A stretch of DNA of 64,000 nt from Lama glama (taxonomy: Eukaryota). A model generated the notes under the pieces. It made no database searches, was not told the DNA's origin, and saw nothing but the letters and a program-made list of their open reading frames with translations. The stretch is taken from assembly GCA_028534125.1 (NCBI GenBank), contig CM052817.1, forward strand, positions 96,040,001-96,104,000, given 5' to 3'. Below, one piece after another: positions 41,556 through 54,415 of this stretch. Made by a program: the position numbers and the translations under genes. Position 1 is the first letter of the stretch; every line of letters begins with the position of its first letter.

Positions 41556-41797
41556 CCAACTATGGGCAACCTAAAGCCTCCTTCTTTTTTTTTTCTGTAA
41601 ATAAAACTAATCCTGTGTTACAAATAAAATTCACTGAAACCTACCCACAGCTCTGCCTGTTTGTTTGGTATTGTCCATAGCTGTTTTTACTGCAAATTAG
41701 ACTTGAGTAGTTGCATAATGATCTTATTACCTAGCAAAGCCAAGATATTTGTTATCTGACCTGTTACAGAGGTATGTGAAAAATATTTGCCACCCTG
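41556..41797 (+). mobile_element. MER58-like hAT element
   Basis: gtaaataaa..gtattgtccatagctg..ttgagtagttgc..gcaaagccaagatattt..atctgacc..tttgccaccctg. Confidence 0.6.
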
Positions 41798-42352
41798 TCC
41801 CTTTCCATACTGTACTACCTTAGATAAGAAAAAGCTAAGGTTCTTAAACTTTCTCTTTGACTTTTAAGTCCCTCCTACCCTAAGACATCTCCCCAGATCT
41901 ATCTACTTCTGGATGCAGCGTACATGCTTTGCTAGGGCATGTGTGGAAATTAATTATCAAAGCTTACTGTCCAATTTGCCTGCAGTACCTTCTCGACAGC
42001 ATAAAAACCTAAAGCCAAAAAAGATTCAGAGACAACTTAATATTTGCACATAGAAAGTTATGTCCTTGAGTAGCCAGAGGATGTCATGACATAATTTTTG
42101 TTCCTTTCTGGAATGTAGAAAAAGGTGAAGAGAAAATGAAACCAATAGAAGATCCAGGAAACAAACAGAAAAGAGATTCAACAGACAGGTGTACAACTGA
42201 GCGAAATAAGGAAAGATAATTCAGACAATTTAAAATCGCATCAAGGAAATGCAGCATGAGAAGCTATACTGAGGCAGGCAGAAATAATCCAGATAAGGTG
42301 AATTGTTAGACTTTCCTGGTCGGGTCATCACTTCTGGTCGAAAGTTATTTAC

Positions 42353-42425
42353 ATGGTACTTCTGTGAGTGCTTCCCCCAAAAAGATTGTTTGAGATCGAC
42401 CCTTTTTAAATATGTCACCATTTTC
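42353..42425 (-). pseudogene. Exon J of the decayed gene (73 bp, phase 2 to 0, open)
   Basis: aaaattccag|G...CAT|gtaaat; KMVTYLKRVDLKQSFWGKHSQKYH. Confidence 0.6.
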
Positions 42426-42752
42426 CTGGAATTTTAGAAATTTAAAACTGAAGGTGAACTAAAAATAATTCGAGTCCAACCATGCCCATTATACCAACAA
42501 GAACCAGTTGTTCCCCTCCTGAAAAATCACAACACGGTGCCAGAGGTGGGACAGTCCATTCCATCTCTGCACCACACTGTGCTTCCTCCCACGTACACTA
42601 CGTCTGCTAGGACATACACGCCCAGAAAGCTGTTTGAATGATGAAGATGATTAGACACAGAATTCAGTTTGGAGCAAGAAAGTGTAAAAACCTTTGGAGT
42701 TTTTAGAGAATTGGAAGATAAGCCTTTAGGAGATCCTTTGAAAGATAAAGTC

Positions 42753-42870
42753 TATGAAAATGAATATATGTATGTCTATGCATGACTGGGACATTGTGCT
42801 GTACACCAGAAACTGGCACATTGTAACTGACTGCACTTCAATTAAAAAAAAAAAAAAGGAAGAAAGAAGA
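42753..42870 (+). mobile_element. L1 3' tail
   Basis: gcatgactgggacattgtgctgtacaccagaaa..cttcaatt poly-A; TSD gaaagataaagtc. Confidence 0.85.
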
Positions 42871-43603
42871 AGAAAGATAAAGTCGATTGTCAAGAGTACC
42901 TGTGCTGGCTGTAAAATAAATGTAATGTAACAGGACTTTCATAACCCAAACATATCTTCAGATTAAGATTAGAGTTTAAAGATTCAGATTGAAACTCCAC
43001 TGATATTAAACAAGTTAATAAAAACAATTTTGCATGTTTGAGTTATTGTAACTTTTTAATGTATTTTTCCCTGAATTGGGGGCCATCTTCCTTTCACCAT
43101 CGACTTCCAGTCATTAAATTTGATTATTTCTTTATTCCCACATGCTTACATGCCTGAGCATTTATTTTCCTTAAAGTGACCTCAGTCACTGTATTCCTGT
43201 AGTCCTTTATGGAAACATGTTAGAGACTATGGCATCTATTAGAGATAGAAGCTAGCATCAAAAGGCGAGCCAGGCTATGATATTTAGGAGTATTAATTAG
43301 GTCATCCTAGTACTTATATTTAAGTGCTTCTTTGTGGTTGCAATGATGCATCTTCCTTTCAAGTTCACTGCCTTGTCTTTACTTGAGTGGCAGATAACAT
43401 TTTTCTCATCTCTTCTTCAGCTGGGTGCCAGCTGCATCGTCCTGATGGCTTTCGAAAGGAGACTAATGGACCTAATCCATAAATACTGACTGCAAGCCAC
43501 AGTAAGGCAAGGGGCTCTGTTTATTGGCCATTAGTCATCAATAAATGATAGCAGTGTTAAACAATAAACACAGAGCGCTGAGAATATCATTAACATTACT
43601 TAC

Positions 43604-43927
43604 AAAATAAATGTTTCTGCAATATATCACGGTTTGGCAGCCAAATCCCTGGAGTGCTCTAAGACTAGATTTGTCATCTGCTGCATTTTAAACTGAAATA
43701 TCTCTTTAAAAAGCTATTTCTGCTTCTCTGGTCTGATGGACTTGTATGAAGACTGGGATTTTCTCAAAGAATGAGACCTTCATTTCCTCTGCTTATGTGT
43801 CATGTCTTTATTGGGTTCACTTGATGAAGAGCTGGGAACACCTGACAAATATTTCTATCTCTTCACAACTTGGGTCCTTATACATGAGGTATATGTTACA
43901 GGAAGCATGCCTAAATCCACTGACTGC
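43604..43927 (-). pseudogene. Exon I of the decayed gene (324 bp, phase 2 to 2, four stops)
   Basis: ttgctttcttgggctag|G...TTT|gtaagt; QSVDLGMLPVTYTSCIRTQVVKR*KYLSGVPSSSSSEPNKDMTHKQRK*RSHSLRKSQSSYKSIRPEKQK*LFKEIFQFKMQQMTNLVLEHSRDLAAKP*YIAETFI. Confidence 0.6.
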
Positions 43928-44116
43928 CTAGCCCAAGAAAGCAAAGGATGAACCTTGAGGCTTTAAGAAAGATCTAACCACAGCACAAACCAGATATGGT
44001 AAATCTGGTTTTGTATTGCTTTCTCGAAGAACATGGGGAAAAGCAATTTTTAAAAACAGCACTTTATAAACCGTTTTTCAACCTCCCACCCACCCCTTTT
44101 TCTTGAAATCGTATAC

Positions 44117-44204
44117 CTCCCTTGGAACCACTCTGCAAACAGCTGGAGTCTATCACTTGTCATAGTATTATTCCCACTTGTTGAATGTCCTAAAACCAAG
44201 CACT
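44117..44204 (-). pseudogene. Exon H of the decayed gene (88 bp, or 73 bp from the in-frame acceptor at 44189; phase 1 to 2, open)
   Basis: ctctctatcgtttttag|AG...GGAG|gtatac; (E)CLVLGHSTSGNNTMTSDRLQLFAEWFQG. Confidence 0.6.
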
Positions 44205-44751
44205 CTAAAAACGATAGAGAGGGAAAGAGTAAACATATTCTAAATGATTCCATTTTCATGCTTTATGACTTCCTCGTGATCATTTTAGTCGTCTACCTGA
44301 AGATTTATTTTGAAGGCTAAGTGGTGATTATAGATGAATATGCTTCTGAAACCCATTTGAAATGCCCTACTTTAAAACACAAGAGTGCCAAAGACTGAAA
44401 ACCTGGAGTCTTCAAACTCCACACCCATCTACCATTTGAGTGAATTGCCTAACCACAGTTATAGGTCTGCTTCTTCATTGACAGAACGGGATAGTCAAGG
44501 AGCAGGGTTAATATCTGGCCTGTGTGGATTCTCAAAAAATCATGGAGAAGACGTGATGTTGTTGTTACTTTTAGCAAATGCATAAAAATCTCACTGAGAG
44601 GCAAGTGACCATGTCACTCCCAGTGCAACATGTTATGATTAATAATGCCTACTTCACAAGGTTATCATGATGGTTAAATACAGGTGAAGCACCTAGCAGT
44701 AGAGTTAATGATCAATAAATGTTTATTCTTTTCTCCTTGTGTGTGTGTGTG

Positions 44752-44838
44752 TTTTTTTTTAATGGAGGTACCAGGGATTGAACCCAGGACCTCATGCATG
44801 CTAGGCATGTGCTCTACCACTGAGCTCTACTCTCCCCT
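44752..44838 (-). mobile_element. tRNA-derived SINE (Vic-1 type), inside a MIR
   Basis: ggaggtaccagggattgaacccaggacctcatgcatgctaggcatgtgctctaccactgagct. Confidence 0.85.
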
Positions 44839-46626
44839 CTCCTTGTGTTTTGTCTTTCTTCCTGTTCTTAAAAAGGAGAACAGTGATCCTCAACATTAAT
44901 ATTTGTGGAATGGACTTAGGATAGGAGAAAAGGCTCAGGCTTTTTCATGATAAACATGAAATGATGGCGTGATATCTAGTGACTTTCTAGGATCTTTGCC
45001 CAGAGAACACATGCAGTTTTTCTGATTTTAAAAAGATAGACATAGAAACATCAAAATGTTAACACCCTCTCTGAAATCACATAAGAACAGATATAAAAAG
45101 AATGTCAAAATCTCCAAATGTGGAATTCAAAATTCTCAAAACAAGCACAATATTTTTGAGATATTACTTGGTGTATTTGTTCGTGTGTCAGCAACCAGGA
45201 GTGAAATCACTGGCGATTTTTTAGGTTGTGTTTTTCTTCTGTGAATTTTTAAATAGATGCCTCACTGCGGGTTTAGATCAGGGAGGTAAGGGACCTAAGC
45301 AGACCCACGGTGGAGAGCAGAGGACGAGGCTGTAAGCAAGCAAGTGCTCCCGCAGCTGCCATGGCTGGACGTGTTGAGAAGCTGCTTCGTTTCAGTGGTT
45401 GCCATCCTCCTCCTGTGCTTCTGGCTGAAATTCCTGTGTTTCCGTTGCTGAGTCTGTGAAACTTTACCCTACGCTACCGTAGAGCCGGGCCCCACTTGCA
45501 GAGCTGCCTGGAGTCTCTCCCAGGATTGCGCTCTTCAAGCCTGATTCTCTTTCCAGTTCTCTCTATTGCACTGGCTGGCTTGGCCCTCTGTCAGCTCACA
45601 AAGCCTCACCGCTGCCAGGCCGCCACCCCCTGGCCTAGGATGCTAACTGAGTGTGTGATCTCCGGTAGCCCCAGGCCACCTCTTGGGTGATAGTGCCTGG
45701 TGACAGTGTTAGAACAACCCCCAGTGTATCGTAAGTAGGTAACATACAGTGTTTGCATACACATAGCTCCAAATGTGCTCCAGGACGCAGCCTCTTTCTC
45801 AGACTGTGGCCACCTGAGGGGTGAGGGCTTTGCTCCTGTCTCTGCTCAAGTTTCAGAGTAACCCTGATGGCATAGCTTTAATGTGCCCCTATTGTTAATC
45901 ACAAGAGCAGACTTGGACACTACTACAGTTCAATAGCCTCCAGATGTCTCTAATTTTTGTTTTTGTGAGATAGACAGCAATGCTCTTGGAGGTTCTGAAA
46001 CTAAGGCTCGCTTCCAGATGTTCTTGGATCACAAAGAACACAGAGCCAGGCCATTGCCCTCCGATGCTGCCAAATAGCAGAGCAGGATGAACCGCACACA
46101 GTGACCCAAGTGGACATTGAGCCTCATGTGCAGTAAGGACCCAGAAAGACGAGCAGCCTGCTGCTACCTGGCAGAGTGCACTTCAATTTCAAGCTGATGT
46201 GTTTACTTTCTGGGGTTGAAATTGTTGTCAGCAATTTTTATTTTAAATAGAAGTTGCAGTCACTGGTCTTTTAGAATATGTCATATTTACAAAGGTGCAT
46301 TTTGTAAGAAGATCCTAAAGTGCTGTATGAATATCATTTCATTTATCCTTATGACACTTCTGCGAGAGAAAATAGCCCATATCGCTTTCCCCATCATCAC
46401 CAGACTCAGTATTCAAATGAAAGCACACAAAGGCTTTCTAGAGACCAGAATAGAACTCACACTGGACCCGGGAGTAGGCCTGTTAGGTTTGTATGTGAAT
46501 ATTCAGGCTCTAGCAAACGACTGGGGGCGTAATTCTATTGACCCAAGAAAATAACACTTTCTTAAGGGCAGAAGAAAGGAGTATGGACAGAGAAGGCTAT
46601 AAAATGAGTGCATTGTGTTGAAGACC

Positions 46627-46739
46627 TTTTTTTTTTCTACATGGGGGGAAGTAATTAGGTTTATTTATCTTTAAAGAAGGTGCGGGGGACTGAACCCAGG
46701 CCCTCGCATGCACTCTACCACTGAGCTATACCCTCCCCC
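46627..46739 (-). mobile_element. tRNA-derived SINE (Vic-1 type), internally deleted
   Basis: gtaattaggtttattt..ggggactgaacccagg..ctctaccactgagctataccctcccc. Confidence 0.85.
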
Positions 46740-46883
46740 TGACTCTTCCTTTTTGATTTCTTCTTTCTCTGGTTCTCCAGTTACAGTTATTATTATCACT
46801 GTAGAGAAAGAGTGGAGGGGAGGCACGGAGCCACCTGGACCATGAGCCCATGAAATGTTTGTCCTGTTATTTGAAATACTCAC

Positions 46884-47003
46884 CTGTCTCCTGATCAGAG
46901 ACCAACTGATTTTTATCCTGTTGCACTTCCAAGGGATGAGTATAACCCAGTAAGCATATCCTGAGAACCTTTTCTTTCCAAGGATTAAGGCAGTTTGACT
47001 TGA
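46884..47003 (-). pseudogene. Exon G of the decayed gene (120 bp, phase 1 to 1, open)
   Basis: aaatag|TC...ACAG|gtgagt (consensus donor); (V)KSNCLNPWKEKVLRICLLGYTHPLEVQQDKNQLVSDQET. Confidence 0.65.
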
Positions 47004-47929
47004 CTATTTAAATTATTTAGGAGAGCGCTTCATAACTATGCATAATATTGACAAAAATGTTGGGAGGGGTGATGATAATAGAAGTGTATCTCTTTCACCA
47101 AGAAATAAGGGAAGGAGCATTTATTGAGTACCTACGCTGTACCAAGAGCTCTTTCAGAGGAGCTCATCTATGCACTGAATTTTGGGAGTTACGGTTACCA
47201 TGCTACCTTCCAAGAAACCAGAGCTCAGAAGAAACAAACCACTTATTCAAGGTCACACAGCTCGTGAAAGTAAGCTAGAGTCTGGATTCAACCCAGACCT
47301 TTTTAAATCTTAAACTCCAGGGAAGAACTGCTTGGGGATTGTCCTTCTGTGCTAATGTGAAGTTACTCAAGAATATAGCAGGAATTCTTTTACCAAAAGG
47401 CAGTTGTATTTGTTCCCAAACCAATTTTGCACTTGGTATTTAAATTATATCTTTTAATTAAATACTACCTGGGCTAATAATATATGAGCACAAAAGAAAG
47501 AAATTTATTGTTTCTATGAAGACTAACTAGAATGCTTTGGAAACATTGCTTAAAAATTGCTGTCATATATATGCGGGTGGGACGCCAGCAAAATATTGGG
47601 AAAAATTAATACAAATTTAGCATTCTATATTGAGACTGCATCACAATTCTTATTGTACCTAAAAGAAATGGAAACGGAAAATTGTAGATGATGCATATAG
47701 CTGTGGTTATTTAAGAAAGATGATACAAAAATAAGAGAAAGAAACCTTTAAAAAACCTAAAAAAAAAAGATGATACAAAAATCAAAGAAAAAGCCTTAGC
47801 CCTGCATCAAATGATTGAAAAAAATACGTTGACATTTATATTTTTCGTATAAATATGTATATACACACATATATGTACACACAGCTATGTTATATATATA
47901 TAAGGTGCATATAAACTTAAACTTTGAAG

Positions 47930-48651
47930 AAGGTAGTTTATTCCAACTATTGGAGGGAAGGGGAGGGGATTGCCAGGAACCGGGCCCTGCCCACTCTTTG
48001 GCCCTTTCTGGGCAGCCTGGGAATGCTGTCTTGAAACTGAGCAAGACCCTGTGGGGCCCTTCGGGGCACAAAAGCCCTTCTGTGCTTTTGTCCACCCTCC
48101 TCCCCGGCCCTTTCTTTTTGTAGGAAACATATTTTCAACCTCACAGACCTTCCCTGAGTTCCAAAGGGCTGATTCAAACAGTTGCTAATTTGAGGCCTGA
48201 GGGTATGTAGAAATGCTGTCAAGAAACAATAGTGCGTGGATGGGGCGAGGTCCTGCTTCCTCCTCAAAGAATATACATAACAGTCTGATACAAATCTCTG
48301 AGTTCTTCTACGGAAGCTGAGGTCCCCACCCAGGTGGAGGATGGTAACTTCAGGCTGAGCACAAGCGAGGGGACCCCAGATTGATTAGAACCAGAACGAT
48401 GATTCCTGGAACACCACCCTGTTAACCTCACTACCGAGCCATCAGAGGAAGGTAACACACCCTGCAGCCCTCCCCTGCAAATTTTGCCTATAGAACTCTT
48501 CCCCCAGAACCGTAGGGAAGATCGGGGACTTTGAGCCCAAGCTGCCAGTATTCCTTGCCTGGCTCACGCAATAAACGCCTCTCTGCTCCAAACTCTGACG
48601 TTTTTGTTTCTTCGGCCTCACTACTTGGGGCACACGAACTTGGTTTTGGCA
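47930..48651 (+). mobile_element. ERV LTR
   Basis: LTR-like U3/R/U5 text ending aataaacgcctctctgctccaaactc..gaacttggttttggcaac. Confidence 0.7.
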
Positions 48652-48939
48652 ACCCTGTATTCAGGACCCCTTCCTGTTTTTATAGATGTGATTTATCGTC
48701 TCTCCTCCCAGTAGCTTTGTGCTTCTGCACAATTTCGACTTATTCTTCAGGATTCACTTTAAGTGTCTCCTCCTCTAGGAAGTGCTGCTGACACCCCTGG
48801 GACAGAGAGGTCTGCCCCCATCGTGTCTCCAGCCCCCACACACCTAGCCTCTGATATGGGGAATGCCCTTTGCCAAGAAGCCAAGGAGAACTTGCCAACC
48901 ATAGATGGAGAAGATCAAAGGTCACTGTGCCCAGGAAAA

Positions 48940-49460
48940 TATATAGGAAAAAAGTGTTCTGTGCAAGGGGATGTCCATGTCCCAGGTCTTGGTTGAGTCC
49001 CTGGGATGTGCCCCACCTAGTGAGAGTCCTTGGCTTTGTGCAGGAAAGATTCAAGAGTAAAAGTAGATTTATTTACAGAGATGGACCAGGGAGGGGGTAT
49101 AGATACACATTCCACAGACAGAGTGTAGACCGTCCGGGAAGGCAAGAGAGGGAACAACTGTGAGGGAGGTGTAGTGCTGCTAGTTTTCATATACTAATAA
49201 GTGAGAGAATTATTCCAACTACTTTAGGGAAGGGGCGAGGATCCACAATTGTTGGGCCACTGCCCTACTGCCTGTGGGTGTGCCATTCACCATGCTCATA
49301 CGTTACAATCTTTATAATGAAGCTCAAGGTCCACTGGAGAGCAGATCTCCCACCATCTTGGGCCGCCAGGTCTATGAGGAATTGACTTTCCTGCCATCTT
49401 GGTGCTAATTGCTGTGTCATTTCTTTAATAGCCGTGTCCTGCCCCTTCCCTTCTATCTCA
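48940..49460 (-). mobile_element. Solo LTR of the same family as 25903-26550
   Basis: Reverse complement shares cagggactcaaccaagacctgggacatgg and the 5' terminus tgaga..gaag..ggggcagg..aatgacacagca.ttagcaccaagatgg. Confidence 0.8.
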
Positions 49461-50259
49461 GGGGGATCAGATGTGCCGGACCAGTGTCTAAGCACCTGTG
49501 GACTCTAGGCGAGCCGTTGATAAGTGAAGCAGGAAAAAGGCCCAGCTGTGGGACCTGTCCTCGCTGCCTGAGTGTCCCCTGGGGAGGATTACCCCATAAA
49601 TGCCAAGCATTAGTTTGAATCTTGCGCTTTGTATAAAAATCTTCTCTTCAACTACGTTGAATGTCACCTTATTTTTTACATTTGTATTCACCTGTCCAGT
49701 TACATTATCAAGGGGAAATACCAAAAGAATTACAATTTCTCAGCAGCTTGACCTTGCCTTTTGGTTTTCTATAAGAACTATAAATTCTATCTGGCAGTGA
49801 AGTGAATTCTTGAGTTTTCCTTATTCTTAGACTATCTCTAAGGTTGATGTAGACTTAAAATTGTTTATTCTTAGTGTCTGGCATTGATTTCCTGAAGGTG
49901 GAGCATATTTGGAAATAATCACTAAATTTAATTTTTCTTATCCTAAAACTATTTAATACATATCAGGTGTTGTTAAGAGTCTCCATTTTTATATTTTTTA
50001 AGTTGTACCAAGTAAAAATTATACTTTATATATAATTATATGTAGCACTTTACAGTGACGGTAACCACATGAATTCATTTGCATCTCATAATAACACAGA
50101 CAGAGCAGGTATTTTTGTCCCCATTTTACTACTAAGGAGACTCAGAGTGGTTTGAGGACTCTGCTCAGGGTTAGCCTTGGGTTCAAAAACAAACAAATCA
50201 AGTTATCAGATTCCTGAGAAGAGCTTGTGCGTGGGCAGTTGCAAACATTCTTTTTCCTA

Positions 50260-50740
50260 AGAAAGGAAAGTAAGGGATGTGCGAAATAAATTCATATTTT
50301 AGAGTAGGACAAAAATTTAAACATATAAAATTCTTCTCTGCCCTTTGACCTCCTCTCCCCCACTGTGCAGTGTGTATCTGCATTATGCATGGACCAAACC
50401 TCCCCCCTGGCAGGAACACCTGCTCAGCCATAAGGAACAACATTCTAGAGCCAACAGCACAACTCCTTAAAGGGTAACATTCCTTCTTGATCTTGTACGG
50501 GGTCACATGACCCACCAGGATGATGCTTAGATCTGGATTATGAAAACTGTCGCTAGTACGTCATTTGACGTACAGCCCTCTGTCTCAAAAAACTTATAAA
50601 ACTGTGCCTTGATTTCTACCCAGTGGGACATTTCTCAGAGCTTTCTGAGATACTCTTCCTGGGTTATAATCTTCAAATTTGGCTCGGATAAAAATTTCCA
50701 CTTCTTTCTTAGACTGACTGATTAGTTAATATTTTAAGCT
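50260..50740 (+). mobile_element. ERV LTR remnant
   Basis: TATA-like cttataaaa, ctcagagctttctgaga..cctgggttataatc..ataaaaatttcc typical of ERV1 LTR R/U5. Confidence 0.55.
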
Positions 50741-51574
50741 TGGTAAAACCATTTTTCAGGTGTTACAAATCTACCGGTACTACCAAGGAATAGAGAAAAT
50801 GGGTTTAAATACGCTTTATCATGACCTTATATATAAGAACATTGGTTTTATTAAATAGGCATTTCTATCATTAGCTTAACAATGATAGAAATGTCCATTT
50901 TACTTCTTCAGCCGTTGAGGACAACTCAAGTATAGAATTAAATATTTACCAAAAAAATGAATTGTCAAGGATTTTGTCTGATTCCTATTATTCTTAAGGA
51001 ACATATCTACTTTTTTAAGTGCCATAGAGGAAACTAAGACAGTGTTTACATTTGGTACTGTTTTTATGGCAACCAGTGAAACTAGATGGAAAAAAAAGAA
51101 CCTAAGATTTTAGTGACTAAAAAGTAAGTTCCAGGGAAGCCAGAATTTTGTCTCTTTGTTCGCTGGCACATCCCAAAGGCCTTGAACAGGCCTGGAATGT
51201 AGTACATGCTCAATAAATATTTGTTGAATGAATAAATGAACAAACAAGGGGAACAGACAAAGAAATTGAGACTCAAGACCTAACATTATGGGAGAAGTGA
51301 AACGAATTTATTTATTCATCAGATGCTGACTGAGCGCCTAAGAAATTCTAGAGAAATTCAGAGGCTTTAGTGGTTCACAACTAGAACCACTGGGCCCAGG
51401 CTGCTGCCCCAGGGGGAAGTAGTCTAAACCAGGCTTGGTGATTTAGGGACGTGTCCCAGAGGAGTTGTCCTTTGGGAGAGCAAGCCATGTAGAGAGTATG
51501 ACTTATCTGAGGTTGCAGGGTTAAAATTAGATAATGTGTAGAAAGCACTTATCTCAGTGATCAGCAAATGATAG

Positions 51575-52015
51575 TGATGAGGTTCAGGACACAACACTCC
51601 AAAATGTGGCACCTGCCCATATTGAATATTCCAAGTTTAAGGAATATGAGAAATGACAGGTAAAGTAAGAACTTTCTGACCTTCCCTTCAGGCAAGTCAC
51701 AAAACCGCCATATGAGAGGAACATCCTTACCTGCAAAGACAGAGGGACATGAAGAGATGCCCTCCCCCTGCTTTTTTTTTTTTTTTTTTTGTCTTACCAC
51801 ATTTTCCCACTCCTCTCCTCTCTTCATCAAAACTAGCATAACAATGCTCAGGTTTAACTGCTTCTTTGGGTCTTTTTTCCTTATGAAGTCTCCAGTGTTC
51901 TGTAAAACTTGCATTAAATAAATTTCTGTGCTTTTCTCTAGTTTATCTTTTGTGACAGGGACCCCAGCTGAGAACTTAGAAGGGCAGAGGGGAAAAATAC
52001 TTTTCCTCCCTTACA
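51575..52015 (+). mobile_element. MER34/MER39-like ERV1 LTR
   Basis: ggttcaggacacaacactccaaaatgtggcacc start; taaaacttgcattaaataaattt; end ttttcctcccttaca. Confidence 0.65.
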
Positions 52016-54415
52016 GTAGACATTATTGTTATTTCTGTAAATGGCAACTAAGATACTCATTTCACCATAGTCAAAACCCAGAAAAGCCCATGGTGCTGTG
52101 ACGCATGTGTATCTCTAGATGGCTTTCGTGGGGTTTTGGAAACCTTGGACTTGCGTGCTCCAAGTCCTTGGAAGGAACGAGGATTTAACTCCTGCCCCAG
52201 AAGGACCAGGTTCTGCTATACATTCTGACTTTCCATATCAAACCCCAACATTTCAAAGCCTGAATATCCCATTTTGGCAGATAGTCTAGTTGGTTTTAAG
52301 GACCCTTGAACAGGAGTAGAGCTCACAAATGGCCTACTCTTTGAGCTTGGACCATAACATATCAGCGTAATATAAATCCTTTATGCAATTAAGAAAATCT
52401 GCCAAATCAGAAAATTTTTTTCTGGTTGTCTGGAGCGTATATCAAGTCTTATATCTGAGAGCATAATATTAATCTTTGGCTTTTCAAAAGTCTGTTTATA
52501 TATCCTGTATTTTGCAGATTTTAGACGTTTTTTCTTAAACTGAACATTAAAATTGCTGTTTTACAGATAATTCTTTAAATTTTCTTTTTCAATCTCATTT
52601 TACAAGTAAAATATGCTATACTGTAGTCCACCAGAGGAAAAAAATTAAGGAAGAAACTAAAAATCACCTAAGATAACCACTACCAAAACTTTAGTAACCA
52701 TTCTTTAATATATCTCTTCAGATTAATATATGCAGACTTACATATAAAATTTTGAACAAATAGTATCATAATATACATGTATTTCATTGAGAATACTCTT
52801 CAAAACATTTTGTTAATTGTTTACATCCTTCCTCTCCCTTTCTTACCCATCCCTTTTCACCACTACTGTAAAAAATGGTGGAAAATTGTTTTTCTCACTT
52901 CGATGCAGTGTAAAAATCCCTCCAAATCAACTAATACAGACCTAACATGTTTTCTTTAGTGGAATGTGTACCATTTCATGGTATGAATGAACCACATCTT
53001 ACTTGTCCTATTTTTTGCCGCTTTGAGGAGTAAAACATCCTTCCACATGCACCCTTATGGGCCGGTAGATTAATTTTTATGGTATTGCTAGATGAGGGGG
53101 TGTGTCCTAATTGAGATGTCTGGAGTTGCATTCTCAAACATGGTTAACAATTTACATTTCCCTTTGCATTTTATCCAATGTTTATTTTTAGTGTTTATAT
53201 ACACACATATGCACATAATTGGGGGTAATTACTATAGACGTATTATGTTTTAGTGATGCCGGAAAAGCTGTTATTACTCGAGTTTTACCTGAATCATTGA
53301 TCTTGTCACCTGTATTTTAAAAGTAAGCAAAGCAGGCCATCAATAACCACGTTTCCCAAACTCTGCCAGGTAACCCAATAGAGCTGCAGCCAAGGGCTCT
53401 GAGAGCCGCATGGGAAGTGACTCAGTGCCCACAGTTCTTGAAGTCAGGAATGTTCCCACATTCCATTTAGCAGAGGAAAGCCATTTTGCCAGCATCACTT
53501 TCTGATTTTCATCCTGCTGCTATGATATTTGCTTCCAGCACCTGAAAGCAATATAAAAACGCACTGTAAATTTCTATGCTCTGATTTGCATTATAAACTT
53601 TGAAAAAAAGACCATTTAGAGCTATGTATCATGGCGTCTTGGTAGCATTCTTATTTTTTAACTGCTAGGAAAAAAAAATCAAGATCACCCATCAAAGACA
53701 TGTAATGCCATTTAACCCATTGCACTGACACATGATGAATTATTTATAATTTAATTATTGTGATTAGACTGAACGTACACAACACATTCAGGCTCTGGTT
53801 TCATCGCAACGTTCTGATTGATTTTCTGAAATACATAATCACTGGCATGTATTTGCACAGGTGGAAATCAGTGTCTCCTCATTGGTCACCCCAGGTATAC
53901 CAGTCCCTTAGCCTGACTCGATGCTAAGCTCTGAACTGCAGACCGAAAAAGGGCAAAACACACCATTCGGCATCAACCCGCATATTTTCGGTTACTTCTT
54001 CAAATTAAAAAAAAAAATTAAGTCATCCTCTACTGTAATCACAGAAAAAAAGTCTAAAGACGCCTTATTTTTAAAAGTCTGCTATTGTGATTATTTGATC
54101 CACATCGTAAATACCTATTCATCTCCAAGTGTGTGAGAAAAACAATCTTGGGATATAAATGAAGCCCAGATTTTTTTTTTTAATCTTTGTCCAGTAGCTG
54201 TTTACAGACAGCTGCGTGAGCCCCAAATGAAACGCCCAGCAATAATCACTGCATATATGCCAGTCCCCAGTGAGCCGTGGATTCGTGTCTGGCTGGTAAT
54301 TTAATGGCACCTCTAGGCATAAACAAAGGTTTATTAAAATAGTAAGTAAAATATTCCTGAACACTAGATCACTTTAAAAATTTTCCCATTCTGCTTTTGA
54401 AAATTAAGAAAGCCT

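Noticed and set aside
42347..42425. Doublecortin- or PLAT-like motif in the alternative frame ENGDIFKKGRSQTIFLGEAL
   Set aside because: That frame does not fit the phases of neighbouring exons I and K and hits a stop quickly.
43604..43927. Argument that stops being one C-to-T change from CAG/CGA/CAA supports coding ancestry
   Set aside because: True of every stop codon, so it is uninformative.
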